Below, piece by piece: positions 1 through 10,523 of a DNA stretch of 64,000 nt. The translations under genes and the position numbers were made by a program. The DNA lies in contig CP061209.1 of assembly GCA_026016205.1 (NCBI GenBank), positions 823,286 through 887,285 on the forward strand. Reading direction: 5' to 3'. Position 1 is the stretch's first letter; the number at the start of each line of letters is the position of its first letter. This DNA is from Methanosarcinales archaeon. GTDB taxonomy: Archaea > Halobacteriota > UBA148 > JAUWXC01. The notes below the pieces were generated by a model, which made no database searches, was not told where the DNA came from, and saw only the letters and a list, made by a program, of their open reading frames with translations.

Positions 1-1192
1 AAAAACGCCTTTTAACCCTGGAGATAACGTGTATGAGGGCGATAGAGAATTAATCAGAACAGTGCTCGGTCTCGGTGGGGGGGATGTATACCTGGGCCTA
101 TTGGAGGGGCAGGACATGCCGGTCCATCTTGACGTAAACAAGTTGGTACAAAAACACTGCAGCATTTTAGCCAGGAGCGGGAGCGGAAAGTCATACACTG
201 CAGGCGTTTTGATTGAAGAGCTCCTAGAACAAGAGGTGCCGCTCTTGGTCATAGACCCGCACGGCGAATACATCTCCTTGAAGCACGAGAATAGTGATAC
301 AGCACAGCAAAACCTAATGAAGAAATTTGGCATAGAGCCGAAAGGATATGCATCACAGGTAATCGTGTATACGCCCGCTAATTTAACGCTCAATCCCGAA
401 GCAGATAAGGTCTTTCGCTTAGATGGCATCAATCTAAGCGCCAGAAACATAGCCTTGATGCTGCCAACCGATCTCAGCGATACCCAGATGGGCATCCTGT
501 ATCATGCCACAAAGATGGTAGAAGAGGAAAAGGGACTCTACACAATTGATGATATTATCCTTGCAGTAGGCGAAAGCAGGAGCAGGGCAAAATGGAGCGT
601 AATCAATTCACTTGAGATGCTTAAAGAAACAGGCATATTGTCCAGTACTCCGACAACGATAGATGAGCTGGTGCAACCGGGAACGGCATCGATCATCGAT
701 ATGAAGGGGATACCCCCTGACCTGCAAAGCGTCATCGTTGCACGACTGTGTGAGAATTTGTTCGCTGCCAGGAAGACAGGAAAGATTCCACCTGCAATGC
801 TCGTAGTAGAAGAAGGGCATAACTTCTGCCCTGAAAGGGGATATGGCAAGGCAGCATCAAGCGACATACTAAGAACAATCGCATCAGAAGGGCGGAAATT
901 TGGACTGGGGCTCATGATAATATCCCAGCGACCTGCACGCATCGATAAGAATGTCCTGTCCCAGTGCAACACTCAGATTATTATGAAGGTGACGAATCCC
1001 AATGACATACAGGCGATTGGCAAGAGCATAGAAGGATTTAGTTCAGAACTTGAGGTAGATATAAAGAGGCTACCGCCAGGGGTTGCGTTACTGGTCAGCA
1101 ACGACATAGAACATCCCGTTCTCGTTGACGTACGAATTAGAAAAAGTTTGCATGGAGGACGGTCAATCAGAATCGTCGGCAGGGGTAGTTGA
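1..1192 (+). CDS. HerA/DUF87 family ATPase (5' end probably upstream of window)
   Basis: Walker A ARSGSGKS, DPHGEY, Walker B VVEEGH, SEGRKFG and SQRP motifs; frame open to window edge. Confidence 0.85.
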   Translation, partial: KTPFNPGDNVYEGDRELIRTVLGLGGGDVYLGLLEGQDMPVHLDVNKLVQKHCSILARSGSGKSYTAGVLIEELLEQEVPLLVIDPHGEYISLKHENSDTAQQNLMKKFGIEPKGYASQVIVYTPANLTLNPEADKVFRLDGINLSARNIALMLPTDLSDTQMGILYHATKMVEEEKGLYTIDDIILAVGESRSRAKWSVINSLEMLKETGILSSTPTTIDELVQPGTASIIDMKGIPPDLQSVIVARLCENLFAARKTGKIPPAMLVVEEGHNFCPERGYGKAASSDILRTIASEGRKFGLGLMIISQRPARIDKNVLSQCNTQIIMKVTNPNDIQAIGKSIEGFSSELEVDIKRLPPGVALLVSNDIEHPVLVDVRIRKSLHGGRSIRIVGRGS

Positions 1193-1473
1193 GGGTGCCT
1201 ATACACGTGCTTGAGGAGAAGACGAGTCGCTATAGAGAGTTTCTTGAAAGGGCGATTAAAGATGTGAAGATTGTAGCACCACATCCGCTACAGGACGTTG
1301 CCAATGATTACTTGACAATGGCCAAGTCCTATTGTCAAGATGGTGTTCACTTTCAAGAAAAAGGAGATATGGTCAATGCACTGGCTTGCTTTAGTTATGG
1401 GCATGCATGGCTGGATGCTGGAGCGAGGCTTGGTGTATTCGATGTTAAAGATAAAACGCTATTTGCAATTTGA
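1189..1473 (+). CDS. DUF357 family protein
   Basis: MAKSY..DG.HF...GD.VNALA.FSYGHAWLDAGARLG signature. Confidence 0.85.
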   Translation: MRVPIHVLEEKTSRYREFLERAIKDVKIVAPHPLQDVANDYLTMAKSYCQDGVHFQEKGDMVNALACFSYGHAWLDAGARLGVFDVKDKTLFAI

Positions 1474-1482
1474 GGGATAGAA

Positions 1483-1830
1483 ATGGATTACAAAGTGATA
1501 TTAGAGGCGGCATGGCCCGTCAAAGATGTAAAAACTGTGGATGATGCGATGAGCGTTGCCGTTGCAGAGGCAGGGAAAAAATTGAACCCAAAACTGAGCT
1601 ATGTCGATATTGAGGTTGGAACAACAACGTGCCCTGCATGTGAGGAGACGTTAAAAAGTGTGTTTATGGCTGCTAACACGGCGCTGGTGGGATTGAAGCT
1701 GGAGATGAAGGTGTTCAATGCCGAGAATGAGGAGCATGCATCCAGAATTACAAAATCCGTAATTGGAAAGGTGCTGAAAAACGTGCCGCTGAAAGTAGTA
1801 GAGATTATAGGGATTAAAAAGCGTGAGTGA
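1483..1830 (+). CDS. DUF555 / UPF0212 family protein
   Basis: LEAAW.VKDV...[24 protein letters not shown] motifs. Confidence 0.85.
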   Translation: MDYKVILEAAWPVKDVKTVDDAMSVAVAEAGKKLNPKLSYVDIEVGTTTCPACEETLKSVFMAANTALVGLKLEMKVFNAENEEHASRITKSVIGKVLKNVPLKVVEIIGIKKRE

Positions 1831-2714
1831 ATATGAAAACCATCTCAGTTGTCGGACATGTCGCCTTTGACAACATCTTCCGCGTTCCCAGGCTGCCGGA
1901 AGCCAACACATCAATTCACATCAAGGAGTGCGAACGATTTTATGGAGGGGGGGCAGCAAATACTGCTGCTGCCATCGCGCGCCTGGGAGGAAACTGCGAA
2001 CTTATATCCCCCGTGGGGGCAGATTTCGCCAATTCCGAGTATGAATCGCATCTCCGGAAATTAGGCGTGAAACTGAACAAACTCATACGCTTGAATGGTG
2101 AAGAGACTGCTAAAGCATACATCTTCACCGATGAGAAGCATAATCAAGTCACATATTTCTTTTGGGGCGCGTCCAGACATTTTCCAGAATTAAAAACACC
2201 TACGGTGGAAATGGCGCATCTCGTCACTGCCAGCCCGAAATTCAACGTCAGGATGGCACAATCAGCAGACTTCATCTCCTTCGACCCTGGACAGGACCTG
2301 GCAATGTACTCGAAAAAAGATTTGCTATCAATACTCAGCAAAACAAACATACTATTCGCGAATAGGCACGAAATCCAGCGCATATGCAAGATAATCGGTA
2401 AATCGTTTCCCGATCTCAAGGAAGATGTGGAGACGGTGGTAATTACCTACGATGCAGAGGGGAGCAAGATTTACGCCGACGACGTAATCGAGATACCATC
2501 CCTAAAGGTACACTCTATTGACCCAACTGGTGCTGGTGACGGATACAGGGCGGGATTTTTAGTGGGACTGACAAAGAATTACGACCTGGAAACGTGCGGG
2601 AAGATTGGCACCACAGTAGCGTCTTTCATCGTTGAGCAAAAGGGCTGCCAGACAAAACTGCCAGATTGGAAACAGATGAAAGAACGGTATGAGAAGGTAT
2701 TCGGAGAATTATGA
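1827..2714 (+). CDS. PfkB family carbohydrate/nucleoside kinase
   Basis: [25 protein letters not shown]. Confidence 0.85.
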   Translation: MNMKTISVVGHVAFDNIFRVPRLPEANTSIHIKECERFYGGGAANTAAAIARLGGNCELISPVGADFANSEYESHLRKLGVKLNKLIRLNGEETAKAYIFTDEKHNQVTYFFWGASRHFPELKTPTVEMAHLVTASPKFNVRMAQSADFISFDPGQDLAMYSKKDLLSILSKTNILFANRHEIQRICKIIGKSFPDLKEDVETVVITYDAEGSKIYADDVIEIPSLKVHSIDPTGAGDGYRAGFLVGLTKNYDLETCGKIGTTVASFIVEQKGCQTKLPDWKQMKERYEKVFGEL

Positions 2715-3379
2715 AACTGGCGGCGCTCATTTCGGGCGGAAAGGATTCTTCATTTGCCATGTACAAGGCGCTTCAGGCAGGCCATGAGATAACCAATTTG
2801 ATTGTGATTAAGTCCCAAAATCCAGATTCATACATGTACCACACGCCAAACATCCATTTAACCGAATTATTCGCAGAGGCAACAGGGATCCCCCTCATCT
2901 CCAAGCTCTCATCTGGCGAAAAAGAGCGAGAAGTGGACGATTTAAAGATGGCGCTACAACAGATAGAAGTAGATGGCGTCGTGATGGGGGCAATAGAGTC
3001 AGAGTACCAGGCATCACGTATAAGGCATGTCTGTGAGTCCCTTGGATTAGAGATGTATGCTCCGCTCTGGCATCAAGACCCGGAGGCGCTTCTTAGAGAG
3101 ATGGTAGAGATTTTAGATGTAAGAATCGTCCACGTATCAGCCCTTGGTCTTGATGAAGATTGGCTGGGGCGCAAGATAGACAGGCGAACGATAGAAGAGT
3201 TAAAGGCACTAAAAGAACGATATGGGATACATATTGCAGGCGAGGGAGGGGAGTACGAGTCCCTGGTGGTGGATGCGCCATTCTTCACAAAGAGGATTGA
3301 ACTGGTCAAAACCAAAAAGGTCTGGCGCGACAACTACGGCACGCTGAATGTTCTGGAGGCGGCGCTGGCGGAGAAGTGA
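2711..3379 (+). CDS. Diphthine--ammonia ligase-like PP-loop ATPase (Dph6 family)
   Basis: SGGKDS, SYMYH, GAIESEYQ, GEGGEYES. Confidence 0.85.
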   Translation: MKLAALISGGKDSSFAMYKALQAGHEITNLIVIKSQNPDSYMYHTPNIHLTELFAEATGIPLISKLSSGEKEREVDDLKMALQQIEVDGVVMGAIESEYQASRIRHVCESLGLEMYAPLWHQDPEALLREMVEILDVRIVHVSALGLDEDWLGRKIDRRTIEELKALKERYGIHIAGEGGEYESLVVDAPFFTKRIELVKTKKVWRDNYGTLNVLEAALAEK

Positions 3380-5136
3380 ATATGGGAGAAATAGAAGAGC
3401 GCACTGTAGAGCTGACCAAATATATCTTTACGGCGCCGAAGTGGCCATATTCTCTTCCATTTTTGCTAATATTCTCGATTGTAATAGGGATCGGCGCGCT
3501 CAAGTTCGGTCATGGCTGGCTGTGGGGTGCCAAAGCCGGGTTGATACTGATTGGTGTGCCGTCGGTCATTTCAGCACTGCTAACGGCCCCAGTTGCCTCA
3601 AAATTCGGCGGCACCACAACGCTCAACAGGTCCTCCCTGCTTGCATTAGCGTGCACGGTTATCATAGGGGTATTTTGCGGTGCCAGTGCATTTTTTTCAA
3701 TATTGCTTGACGCTTCGCTGACGTTTGACGCGTATATAATGGCACTGAGCATCGTCTTCGCGATGAGAATGTTGGTGTTGCTTGGCACATCAAACAAGAG
3801 CATTTGGAGAACGGCGCCTCCAGCATCACTCCAGACGCTGTTTAGCGGAATCTTTCTTCTGTTCTACGCTCACAACGTAGTCTATTATGTAAACCTGGTG
3901 ATAGGGTGCGCCATATTCACTCTCGCATGCTACTTGTTCATAAGGTACGTCGATGCACCTATGAAAAAGTCATTTGGCGTGAGCGGACTCGATTTCATCA
4001 AGAGTTTCGTCGCCCAGACCGCTGACGGGCGCTCTGAGATGGAGGACTTCTTCAGGAAGATGGGGGAGCCAGTGGATGTCCCGGTTACCGTCCTGAATTT
4101 TGCAACGAATAGCGAAAGCAAAGCGATGTTCGTAACGACCATGCTCCATCCAGGACCGATGGGAGAGATTTGTGCAGGGAACCTGCCCGCAAGGATTGCG
4201 AACAGTTTAGACGGGACGGTCTTTGTTCCGCACGGCACAGCGTATCATGACTTTAATCTAGTTTCAGCGACTGAAATTCAAAAGGTCATTTCGACCGCAA
4301 AGAAGGCGCTGGCAGGGGTTAGGTATGCAGGCAAAGGAACCAGACCCATCAGGGTTAAAAAGGGAGATGTCACGGTCTTGGGCCAGCGGTTTGGCGATTC
4401 TGTGACACTTGTAGCAACGCAGTCCCCTCTGTCCACAGAAGACATAGAATTCGCGGTGGGGCTGGCAGCCATATCAGAGGTACGAGTCAAGGGAGCCAAG
4501 TACGCTGCACTGATAGATGCACATAACTGTGCTACCGGGAAGAGCAAGATAATAACGCCAGGAAGCAGGACCTCATACGACATGATAAGAGCTGCATCAG
4601 ATGCAACAGAGCAGTTACTGGCCATGCCAGAGGGTGAAGTTAAAATTGGAATATCCAAAAGGGATGCAATGTATTCCTTAGAAGAGGGCATGGGCAGTCT
4701 TGGTGTCAGGGTTGCTGTAATCGAAGTGTTAGGGCAGAGGACAGCCTATGTGCTAATTGATGGGAACAATATGGTGGCAGGCCTGAGAGAGAAGATTATA
4801 AGCGCACTTCCCGTCGACATGGCAGAGGTTATGACCACTGATACGCATGTAGTGAATACGGCATCCGGAAAGAACTATGTCGGACTGAAAATAGACCATG
4901 GTGAATTAATCAATACGATTAAAGAAATGACCGAAGAGGCGATTGAAGATTTGGAGCCTGTGCAGGTTGGAATGAACAGCGAATTTGCCGAGGATGTCGT
5001 CATCTTTGGTTCACACAGAACAGCGCAGCTCGCGAGCACGGTCAATGCGATTATGGCGATGTGTGGCGCTCTCGCAATTTCGATAGTGACCATAGCTCTT
5101 GTGCTTGCCATCTTAGCGTTTGCGATGACGTCGTGA
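3376..5136 (+). CDS. DUF2070 family membrane protein
   Basis: N-terminal TM helices, HPGP.G, HG...HDFN, DAHN, DGNN, TTDTH motifs. Confidence 0.85.
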   Translation: MNMGEIEERTVELTKYIFTAPKWPYSLPFLLIFSIVIGIGALKFGHGWLWGAKAGLILIGVPSVISALLTAPVASKFGGTTTLNRSSLLALACTVIIGVFCGASAFFSILLDASLTFDAYIMALSIVFAMRMLVLLGTSNKSIWRTAPPASLQTLFSGIFLLFYAHNVVYYVNLVIGCAIFTLACYLFIRYVDAPMKKSFGVSGLDFIKSFVAQTADGRSEMEDFFRKMGEPVDVPVTVLNFATNSESKAMFVTTMLHPGPMGEICAGNLPARIANSLDGTVFVPHGTAYHDFNLVSATEIQKVISTAKKALAGVRYAGKGTRPIRVKKGDVTVLGQRFGDSVTLVATQSPLSTEDIEFAVGLAAISEVRVKGAKYAALIDAHNCATGKSKIITPGSRTSYDMIRAASDATEQLLAMPEGEVKIGISKRDAMYSLEEGMGSLGVRVAVIEVLGQRTAYVLIDGNNMVAGLREKIISALPVDMAEVMTTDTHVVNTASGKNYVGLKIDHGELINTIKEMTEEAIEDLEPVQVGMNSEFAEDVVIFGSHRTAQLASTVNAIMAMCGALAISIVTIALVLAILAFAMTS

Positions 5137-5180
5137 GGGCATCTAGTCACGCGCATAGATGTCGATGTTCAAAATTAGAG

Positions 5181-5255
5181 CGGACCCGGGGGGATTTGAA
5201 CCCCCGACATTCGGCTTAGAAGGCCGACGCTCTATCCGGGCTAAGCCACGGGCCC
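5181..5255 (-). tRNA. tRNA-Arg(TCT), intronless
   Basis: Reverse complement folds as a cloverleaf: GGGCCCG/CGGGTCC acceptor, TCGGC-CTTCTAA-GCCGA anticodon arm, GGGGG-TTCAAAT-CCCCC T arm. Confidence 0.95.
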
Positions 5256-5299
5256 ATAAGAAATAGTTTCTCTCAAATAATAAATCTTTTTAACTCCAC

Positions 5300-6094
5300 C
5301 TACCCATACAAGGGCATCCCCCGTTCCCCAACTTCTCGTTTCTCTGCCTTTCCGACCTGTTCTGCCAATTTTCTAAATCCCAACTCGATGTGTTCTACTT
5401 GCTTGAATAATTTTTCGGTGTCGACGTTCATGCCATACAACGAGTTTAACACCTTGATAACTTCAATAGCAGCCCTAGGATCTGGGGCTACACCGTAGGC
5501 CTCACTTAATAAGCCGATTGCCGGAAAATTGCGCAAACTGCACTCTGTCATAATGCTTCCGGCTATCCCGGCTACAGTACCCATGCCAAAGATAGGTGCC
5601 TTGTTCTTGAGTTTTTTTAGGGCAGAGGGCGTCGTTGCAACACCAAATACCCTGTGCCTTTGCTTGGTCCGTTCTCGGACAATTTTTGCTATGTCCTCAT
5701 CCGATGCAACACCATACCTAGAAGTATCAGACATGGTAGCGACGCCCGTAATCGACACAATCTCTCGCGCATTAATCTGATGCGCCCAATTAACAAGCGC
5801 CTTACTAACATCATACGAAATCACCGGAGAAATTGGCACATCAGAGACTATGACGATTAATTCGTCACCTTCATAAATTCTGGTGGGCACATTTACAAGT
5901 CCGGCAAATAAGACAGCTATTGGTGGAAAAAGTTTAGAGTCGACCGACCCTATGTGCCTCAACTTTAACTGGTCTATGAGATACTGGCTTACAATATTGC
6001 CAACCAGCCCAGTACTAGGAAACCCAACTAGCAGGACAGGGTTTTTCGATTTGATATTTTTTACGATGAAATTTACCTTCTCGGATTCGTCCAT
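5300..6094 (-). CDS. PAC2 family proteasome assembly chaperone
   Basis: GFPSTGLVGNI, PTRIY, PDPRAA motifs. Confidence 0.85.
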   Translation of the reverse strand: MDESEKVNFIVKNIKSKNPVLLVGFPSTGLVGNIVSQYLIDQLKLRHIGSVDSKLFPPIAVLFAGLVNVPTRIYEGDELIVIVSDVPISPVISYDVSKALVNWAHQINAREIVSITGVATMSDTSRYGVASDEDIAKIVRERTKQRHRVFGVATTPSALKKLKNKAPIFGMGTVAGIAGSIMTECSLRNFPAIGLLSEAYGVAPDPRAAIEVIKVLNSLYGMNVDTEKLFKQVEHIELGFRKLAEQVGKAEKREVGERGMPLYG

Positions 6095-6212
6095 CGTACC
6101 ACCACCCACTTAAACGAAGTATAAGGACATAAGTTCATCGATTTAATGAAGATTTATTGATTGTAGGCGCATTAAAGAGGGTTAACATATGGCGAAAAAG
6201 GCGCGGAAATGA

Positions 6213-9038
6213 TTACTCTATGTAAATCGCCGGCCTGCCCGGAATTGCAAATCTCCTCTTGTTCTGAGGGTCATAGTCGGCGTTAACTTCTACTTTGACT
6301 CCGACTTCGTGCGCGATAAAGTCCCTGGCCTCCGCAAGTATGTCGCCCTCGTTTATTCTCATAGACTCCATCCGCTCTGAAGATATCTTCTGAACGAGCG
6401 CTGAAACTTCCTTGCCCCGTTTCCTCAACTCTGGGTCTTTCATGACCTCCTGTATTGCATCCCTGGCCTCCCTGCCAGCTGCGATATCAAGGACCTTCCA
6501 TTTCCAGTCCTCTGCGGTATAAATGTATGCGGCCCTCGCATCCTTTATCCTGGCTACTTCAATAATCTCTTTAATGTCAGAAATCACACATTTGATGTAT
6601 TCTTCAGCCCTTTCAATGCCTTCATCGACCGCAGATTCGTCGTATTGAGGCCACTCTGCTTCCGATATAAAGCCCTCTTTGCCCAGTTTTTCCCATATTT
6701 CCTCGCATATGTGCGGCACGAACGATGTTAAAAGCTTGGTCTGCACCTCGATGAGCCAATTTATCAATTCTTTGTTGAAACCAGAAGTCCTCTTAGCATA
6801 CCATTTCAGGTGGGCCTGCAGGTCGAAATATCCCTTATGGATGGCAGTCCTGAACTCCGTAGCCTCCATCGCTTCCGTAGTTGCCTTGATCGTTCTGTTC
6901 ACAACCGATTTGAACCATCTATCGATATATTTGGTGTCACTTCTGCCTTTCCCATAGTTTTCAGTGGCAAATTCGTACCACTGCGCCAGTTTGGAGCCTA
7001 TGGATCTGGCAAACTCAGTATCCCAGTTGGGATCATCAAGACCTTCTCCCCCGTACATCAGCGTCAGTCTTGTAGCGTCTGCACCATATCTCTCATGAAT
7101 CTGCCGCAAGGTGTAGAAATTGCCCTTGGACTTGCTCATTTTGACACCGTCAACTTGAATGAAGCCATTGACGCCAATTCCACGCGGCCAGTATTTCTCT
7201 GGGAATATGGCAACATGGTTGAAGAGGCAGAAAGTAAGGTGATTTTGCACAAGGTCCTTGCCCGAATTTCTGAAGTCGAATGGATACCAATACGTAAATT
7301 CAGACCTCATTTTCTCCATTAAGGTTGGCAAGATGCCACTTTCTTTAGCAACGGTTTCTGCGTCCCCCTCGCCAAGAAGTATGTAGTCAAAGACTGCATC
7401 ACCCAGATTTTCAGCCTTGATACCGTGCTTTTTGTCTTCCAGACAATGTGCGATGGTATAATACGCCATGTAAATTGTGGAATCAGAGAGGGATTCTATT
7501 ACCCATTTTTCATCCCATGGAAGGGGGGTCCCAAGGCCAAACTCCCTGGTGCATGCCCACTCTCTCAACCAGTCAATGACATATTCGAACTGGCTTCTAA
7601 CCTTGTCCGGATACAGCGTTACATTGCGCAGAGCTTCGTGCACTTTTGCCTTCCAATCCGGGTTAGAGTAGTTCAAAAACCATTGATCAGACACGACCTT
7701 AACAATACATCTGGCCAAGCAGCGACAGACGACGTCGGCGGATAAATCATAGAATGTTGTAGCCTTGTTCTCTTTGACTAAATCCCTGGCAAGAGTCTCC
7801 TTGACCCTTGAGACAGTTAGACCTGCGTATTTCCCTGTATTTTCTTTCAGTACGCCGGTATGGAATTCCTTTTTGTAAGTCTCTTTTGTCGCCTCCTCCA
7901 ACTTTGGATCTGTCTGACTCAATATTCCCATTTTTTCAACAACTTCAATGGCAGGATGTTTGCCAAAGCCATGCACCTTAATCAGGGAGATTGGTATTAT
8001 GTCTTTAACCAAGTCAGGAGATATCCCATACTTCTTCGGGTCCTTCTGAACAGCTCTCAAAGCAACGTAGTCATAGGGCGCATGCGAAGGGACTGACATT
8101 ACCACCCCAGTTCCGGTCTCTGGTTCGACGAACGGCGCAGGGAGAATCGGCACTTTTGTTCCGCTAACCTTGTTCGTGCAATACTTGCCCACGAGTTCGT
8201 TTTTCTTCAAGTGGCGCAACACCTGCACACTGTGTTTCTGCGCCTCCAGTTTCTCGACGGTTTCCTTGGACACAATCCAGCGCTCATCGTCGACTTTTAT
8301 CTCCACATAATCTGCGTCAGGCCTAATCCACAGGTTTGTAACGCCGAAGGAGGTTTCAGGCCTGTAGGTTGCGGTTGGCAATACCACGCCATCTAACTCG
8401 AACTTGATTAAAAACACTTCCTCTGGCGTTACGCCTTCTCCTTCTAATCTTGCATGATCTCCCACTGGCGAGTTGCACCTGGGGCACCAGACTACAGGGT
8501 GCTCGCCCTTTGTGATGTATCCGCCATCTTTTAACTTGCGGAACTGCCATTTAATGAACGCATTGTAGTACGGATTTAGAGATGTAGTGATGAACTTTCT
8601 GCGCCAGTCCACGCCGACGCCCATGTCTTTTAGGTCCAACATCGTCTCCCTTGGAAAAAACGAAACCCAGTGTAGTGGGTCTGCGAATTTTGGAACCTCT
8701 TCCTGCAGGATGCCCATATCCAGTAGTATCTTTATCTGGCCGGGCTCATGCTCCGCGATTCGCTGCGCTGCGGCAATAATCGGCGTGCCAGTACAGTGAA
8801 ATCCAAAAGGGAATAGCACATTATAACCCATCATCCGCTTGTATCGTGCAAATACCTCCACCCTCATCAGGGAAAACCCATGCCCCAAGTGGAGAAAACC
8901 ATTCATGTAGGGATAGGGGAAATTTACGAAAAATTTCTCTTTTGCCTCATCCACACCTGACTCGAAAATCCGTGCCTCTTCCCATTTATTCTGCCACTTC
9001 CTCTCGATCAGTCGCCTGTCAATTCGGTCTGAATTCAA
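6213..9038 (-). CDS. leuS: Leucine--tRNA ligase
   Basis: PYPYMNGFLHLGH (HIGH), KMSKS, GTGVVMSVPSHAP editing domain; TTG start after GGAGGT. Confidence 0.97.
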   Translation of the reverse strand: MNSDRIDRRLIERKWQNKWEEARIFESGVDEAKEKFFVNFPYPYMNGFLHLGHGFSLMRVEVFARYKRMMGYNVLFPFGFHCTGTPIIAAAQRIAEHEPGQIKILLDMGILQEEVPKFADPLHWVSFFPRETMLDLKDMGVGVDWRRKFITTSLNPYYNAFIKWQFRKLKDGGYITKGEHPVVWCPRCNSPVGDHARLEGEGVTPEEVFLIKFELDGVVLPTATYRPETSFGVTNLWIRPDADYVEIKVDDERWIVSKETVEKLEAQKHSVQVLRHLKKNELVGKYCTNKVSGTKVPILPAPFVEPETGTGVVMSVPSHAPYDYVALRAVQKDPKKYGISPDLVKDIIPISLIKVHGFGKHPAIEVVEKMGILSQTDPKLEEATKETYKKEFHTGVLKENTGKYAGLTVSRVKETLARDLVKENKATTFYDLSADVVCRCLARCIVKVVSDQWFLNYSNPDWKAKVHEALRNVTLYPDKVRSQFEYVIDWLREWACTREFGLGTPLPWDEKWVIESLSDSTIYMAYYTIAHCLEDKKHGIKAENLGDAVFDYILLGEGDAETVAKESGILPTLMEKMRSEFTYWYPFDFRNSGKDLVQNHLTFCLFNHVAIFPEKYWPRGIGVNGFIQVDGVKMSKSKGNFYTLRQIHERYGADATRLTLMYGGEGLDDPNWDTEFARSIGSKLAQWYEFATENYGKGRSDTKYIDRWFKSVVNRTIKATTEAMEATEFRTAIHKGYFDLQAHLKWYAKRTSGFNKELINWLIEVQTKLLTSFVPHICEEIWEKLGKEGFISEAEWPQYDESAVDEGIERAEEYIKCVISDIKEIIEVARIKDARAAYIYTAEDWKWKVLDIAAGREARDAIQEVMKDPELRKRGKEVSALVQKISSERMESMRINEGDILAEARDFIAHEVGVKVEVNADYDPQNKRRFAIPGRPAIYIE

Positions 9039-9077
9039 GGAGTTACCTCCATTTTTAGAGCCAATAAAATAGAAGAG

Positions 9078-9686
9078 TTACTCCACCCTGCCAATCTTAA
9101 TCAGCGAAAGTAGTGGAACCCCCACTATAGAATCCAAGCCCTTCTTGTCAATCACAACAGCAATGGCAAGTGGCTCTGCACCAAGCTCCCCTAGCAACTC
9201 CACCGCTTCGTGGGCAGTAGATCCTGATGTGACTACGTCATCGACAATGATGCATTTTTTGCCCTCAATAGAGGCAAAATTATGGCTAATGGTACCCTTT
9301 ACGTTTTGCTTCTCAGGCTCCCACCGCTGTTTTTTGGGATGAAGGACTGACAGATCTGCACCCAATTCTTCCGCAACCAGCGTTGCAAATGGGATGCCAC
9401 TTAAAACAATGCCCACTACGACCTCTATGTTTGCCTCAGGCAGTGATTCTAGAGCCATATCAGCAAGCGCAGACGAGATGAGACTCATCCTCTGCGAACT
9501 CCTGCCTATTTGATTCCAGTTGACAAATATGTCCTTTGGCGCCGGAGCTTTCTTCTTTTCAGCCCTTGACAGCAGCCAAGTAGCAGTTTCGCGCGATACG
9601 TTAAGTTCGTCAGCGATTTCACCTGAACGGAGTCCTTTTTTCTTCAGTTCCATCGCTTTCCCGATAAGGTCATCAATACCTCTCAT
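9078..9686 (-). CDS. gfcR: PyrE-like HTH-PRTase transcriptional regulator (GfcR family)
   Basis: N-terminal HTH EIADELNVSRETATWL plus PRPP motif IVDDVVTSG. Confidence 0.8.
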   Translation of the reverse strand: MRGIDDLIGKAMELKKKGLRSGEIADELNVSRETATWLLSRAEKKKAPAPKDIFVNWNQIGRSSQRMSLISSALADMALESLPEANIEVVVGIVLSGIPFATLVAEELGADLSVLHPKKQRWEPEKQNVKGTISHNFASIEGKKCIIVDDVVTSGSTAHEAVELLGELGAEPLAIAVVIDKKGLDSIVGVPLLSLIKIGRVE

Positions 9687-9687
9687 T

Positions 9688-10170
9688 CTACTCCTTCCTC
9701 CTGGTTCTTTTTAATTTAGACCCGCAAACCGAGCATATATCGCCCTGGGCGAAATACCTGCCACATCCAATACACCGTTTCTTCCATATTAAAACATCCC
9801 TGATTTTATGCTGCATGATTGGCTTAATCTGGATCCCAAGCCGAGATGCCACATTTTGGATTGCATAGTCATCCGTGATGATACATGCGCCTTTACCGAT
9901 ATATTGGAGTGCTTTTGCTAATAAATGTATGTCGGTTTCAGACAGTACGCCCACGTCCCCGGTTCTTCTAGCAGTCTTCACAACCTCGTCGATGTAACGC
10001 TGTTCTGCCGGCTCCACTTTCAGGCCAGTGCTTCTTGCCTGCTCAAAGAGTGTAATGGACCTTACGTCCTTCAACTCTCTCATCACACCAGGCACCGTGA
10101 GTGCCTCTGCACTTCCTATTCGGTACCCGCACACAAAGACCGAGGAATCCACTATAAGTAAGGCCATCAT
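9688..10170 (-). CDS. nob1: Nob1-like PIN endonuclease with Zn ribbon
   Basis: IVDSS, LSETD, TDDYAIQNVA, C-terminal CIGC...CSVCG; start trimmed to ATG at 10170. Confidence 0.85.
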   Translation of the reverse strand: MMALLIVDSSVFVCGYRIGSAEALTVPGVMRELKDVRSITLFEQARSTGLKVEPAEQRYIDEVVKTARRTGDVGVLSETDIHLLAKALQYIGKGACIITDDYAIQNVASRLGIQIKPIMQHKIRDVLIWKKRCIGCGRYFAQGDICSVCGSKLKRTRRKE

Positions 10171-10316
10171 TTGTTTGATGTGCACGAACAACCCCATAAA
10201 TCTAATCCTATGCCCAAAACTCTTCATAGAGGGGTCAAAAAAGCGAAAACTATATAGAGCGCCCCTTAAATCAATAGATGCCGTTATTCGGTGATTTTTA
10301 TAAAGGAGGTGGGAAT

Positions 10317-10523
10317 ACGACTGAATTACCAATTGCACCAGTAGATAGGATTGCAAGAAAGGCTGGCGCGGACAGAGTAAGTGACGATGCAAAGGTGGCG
10401 TTAGCTAACATATTGGAAGATTATGGGCTCAAAGTATCAGCAGAGGCTGTGCGCCTGGCAAAACACGCTGGCAGAAAGACGTTGAAGGCAGAGGACATTA
10501 AATTAGCAGTACAAAGGCTTTAA
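10317..10523 (+). CDS. Archaeal histone (HMf-like); expected start position is ACG
   Basis: [21 protein letters not shown]...[14 protein letters not shown] histone fold; SD GGAGGTG at 10305-10311; in-frame upstream ATG at 10278 is an alternative start. Confidence 0.93.
   Translation, partial: TTELPIAPVDRIARKAGADRVSDDAKVALANILEDYGLKVSAEAVRLAKHAGRKTLKAEDIKLAVQRL

Noticed and set aside
10171-10392. Long N-terminal extension of Nob1
   Set aside because: It runs antisense through the histone gene and promoter; the PIN fold begins at 10170.
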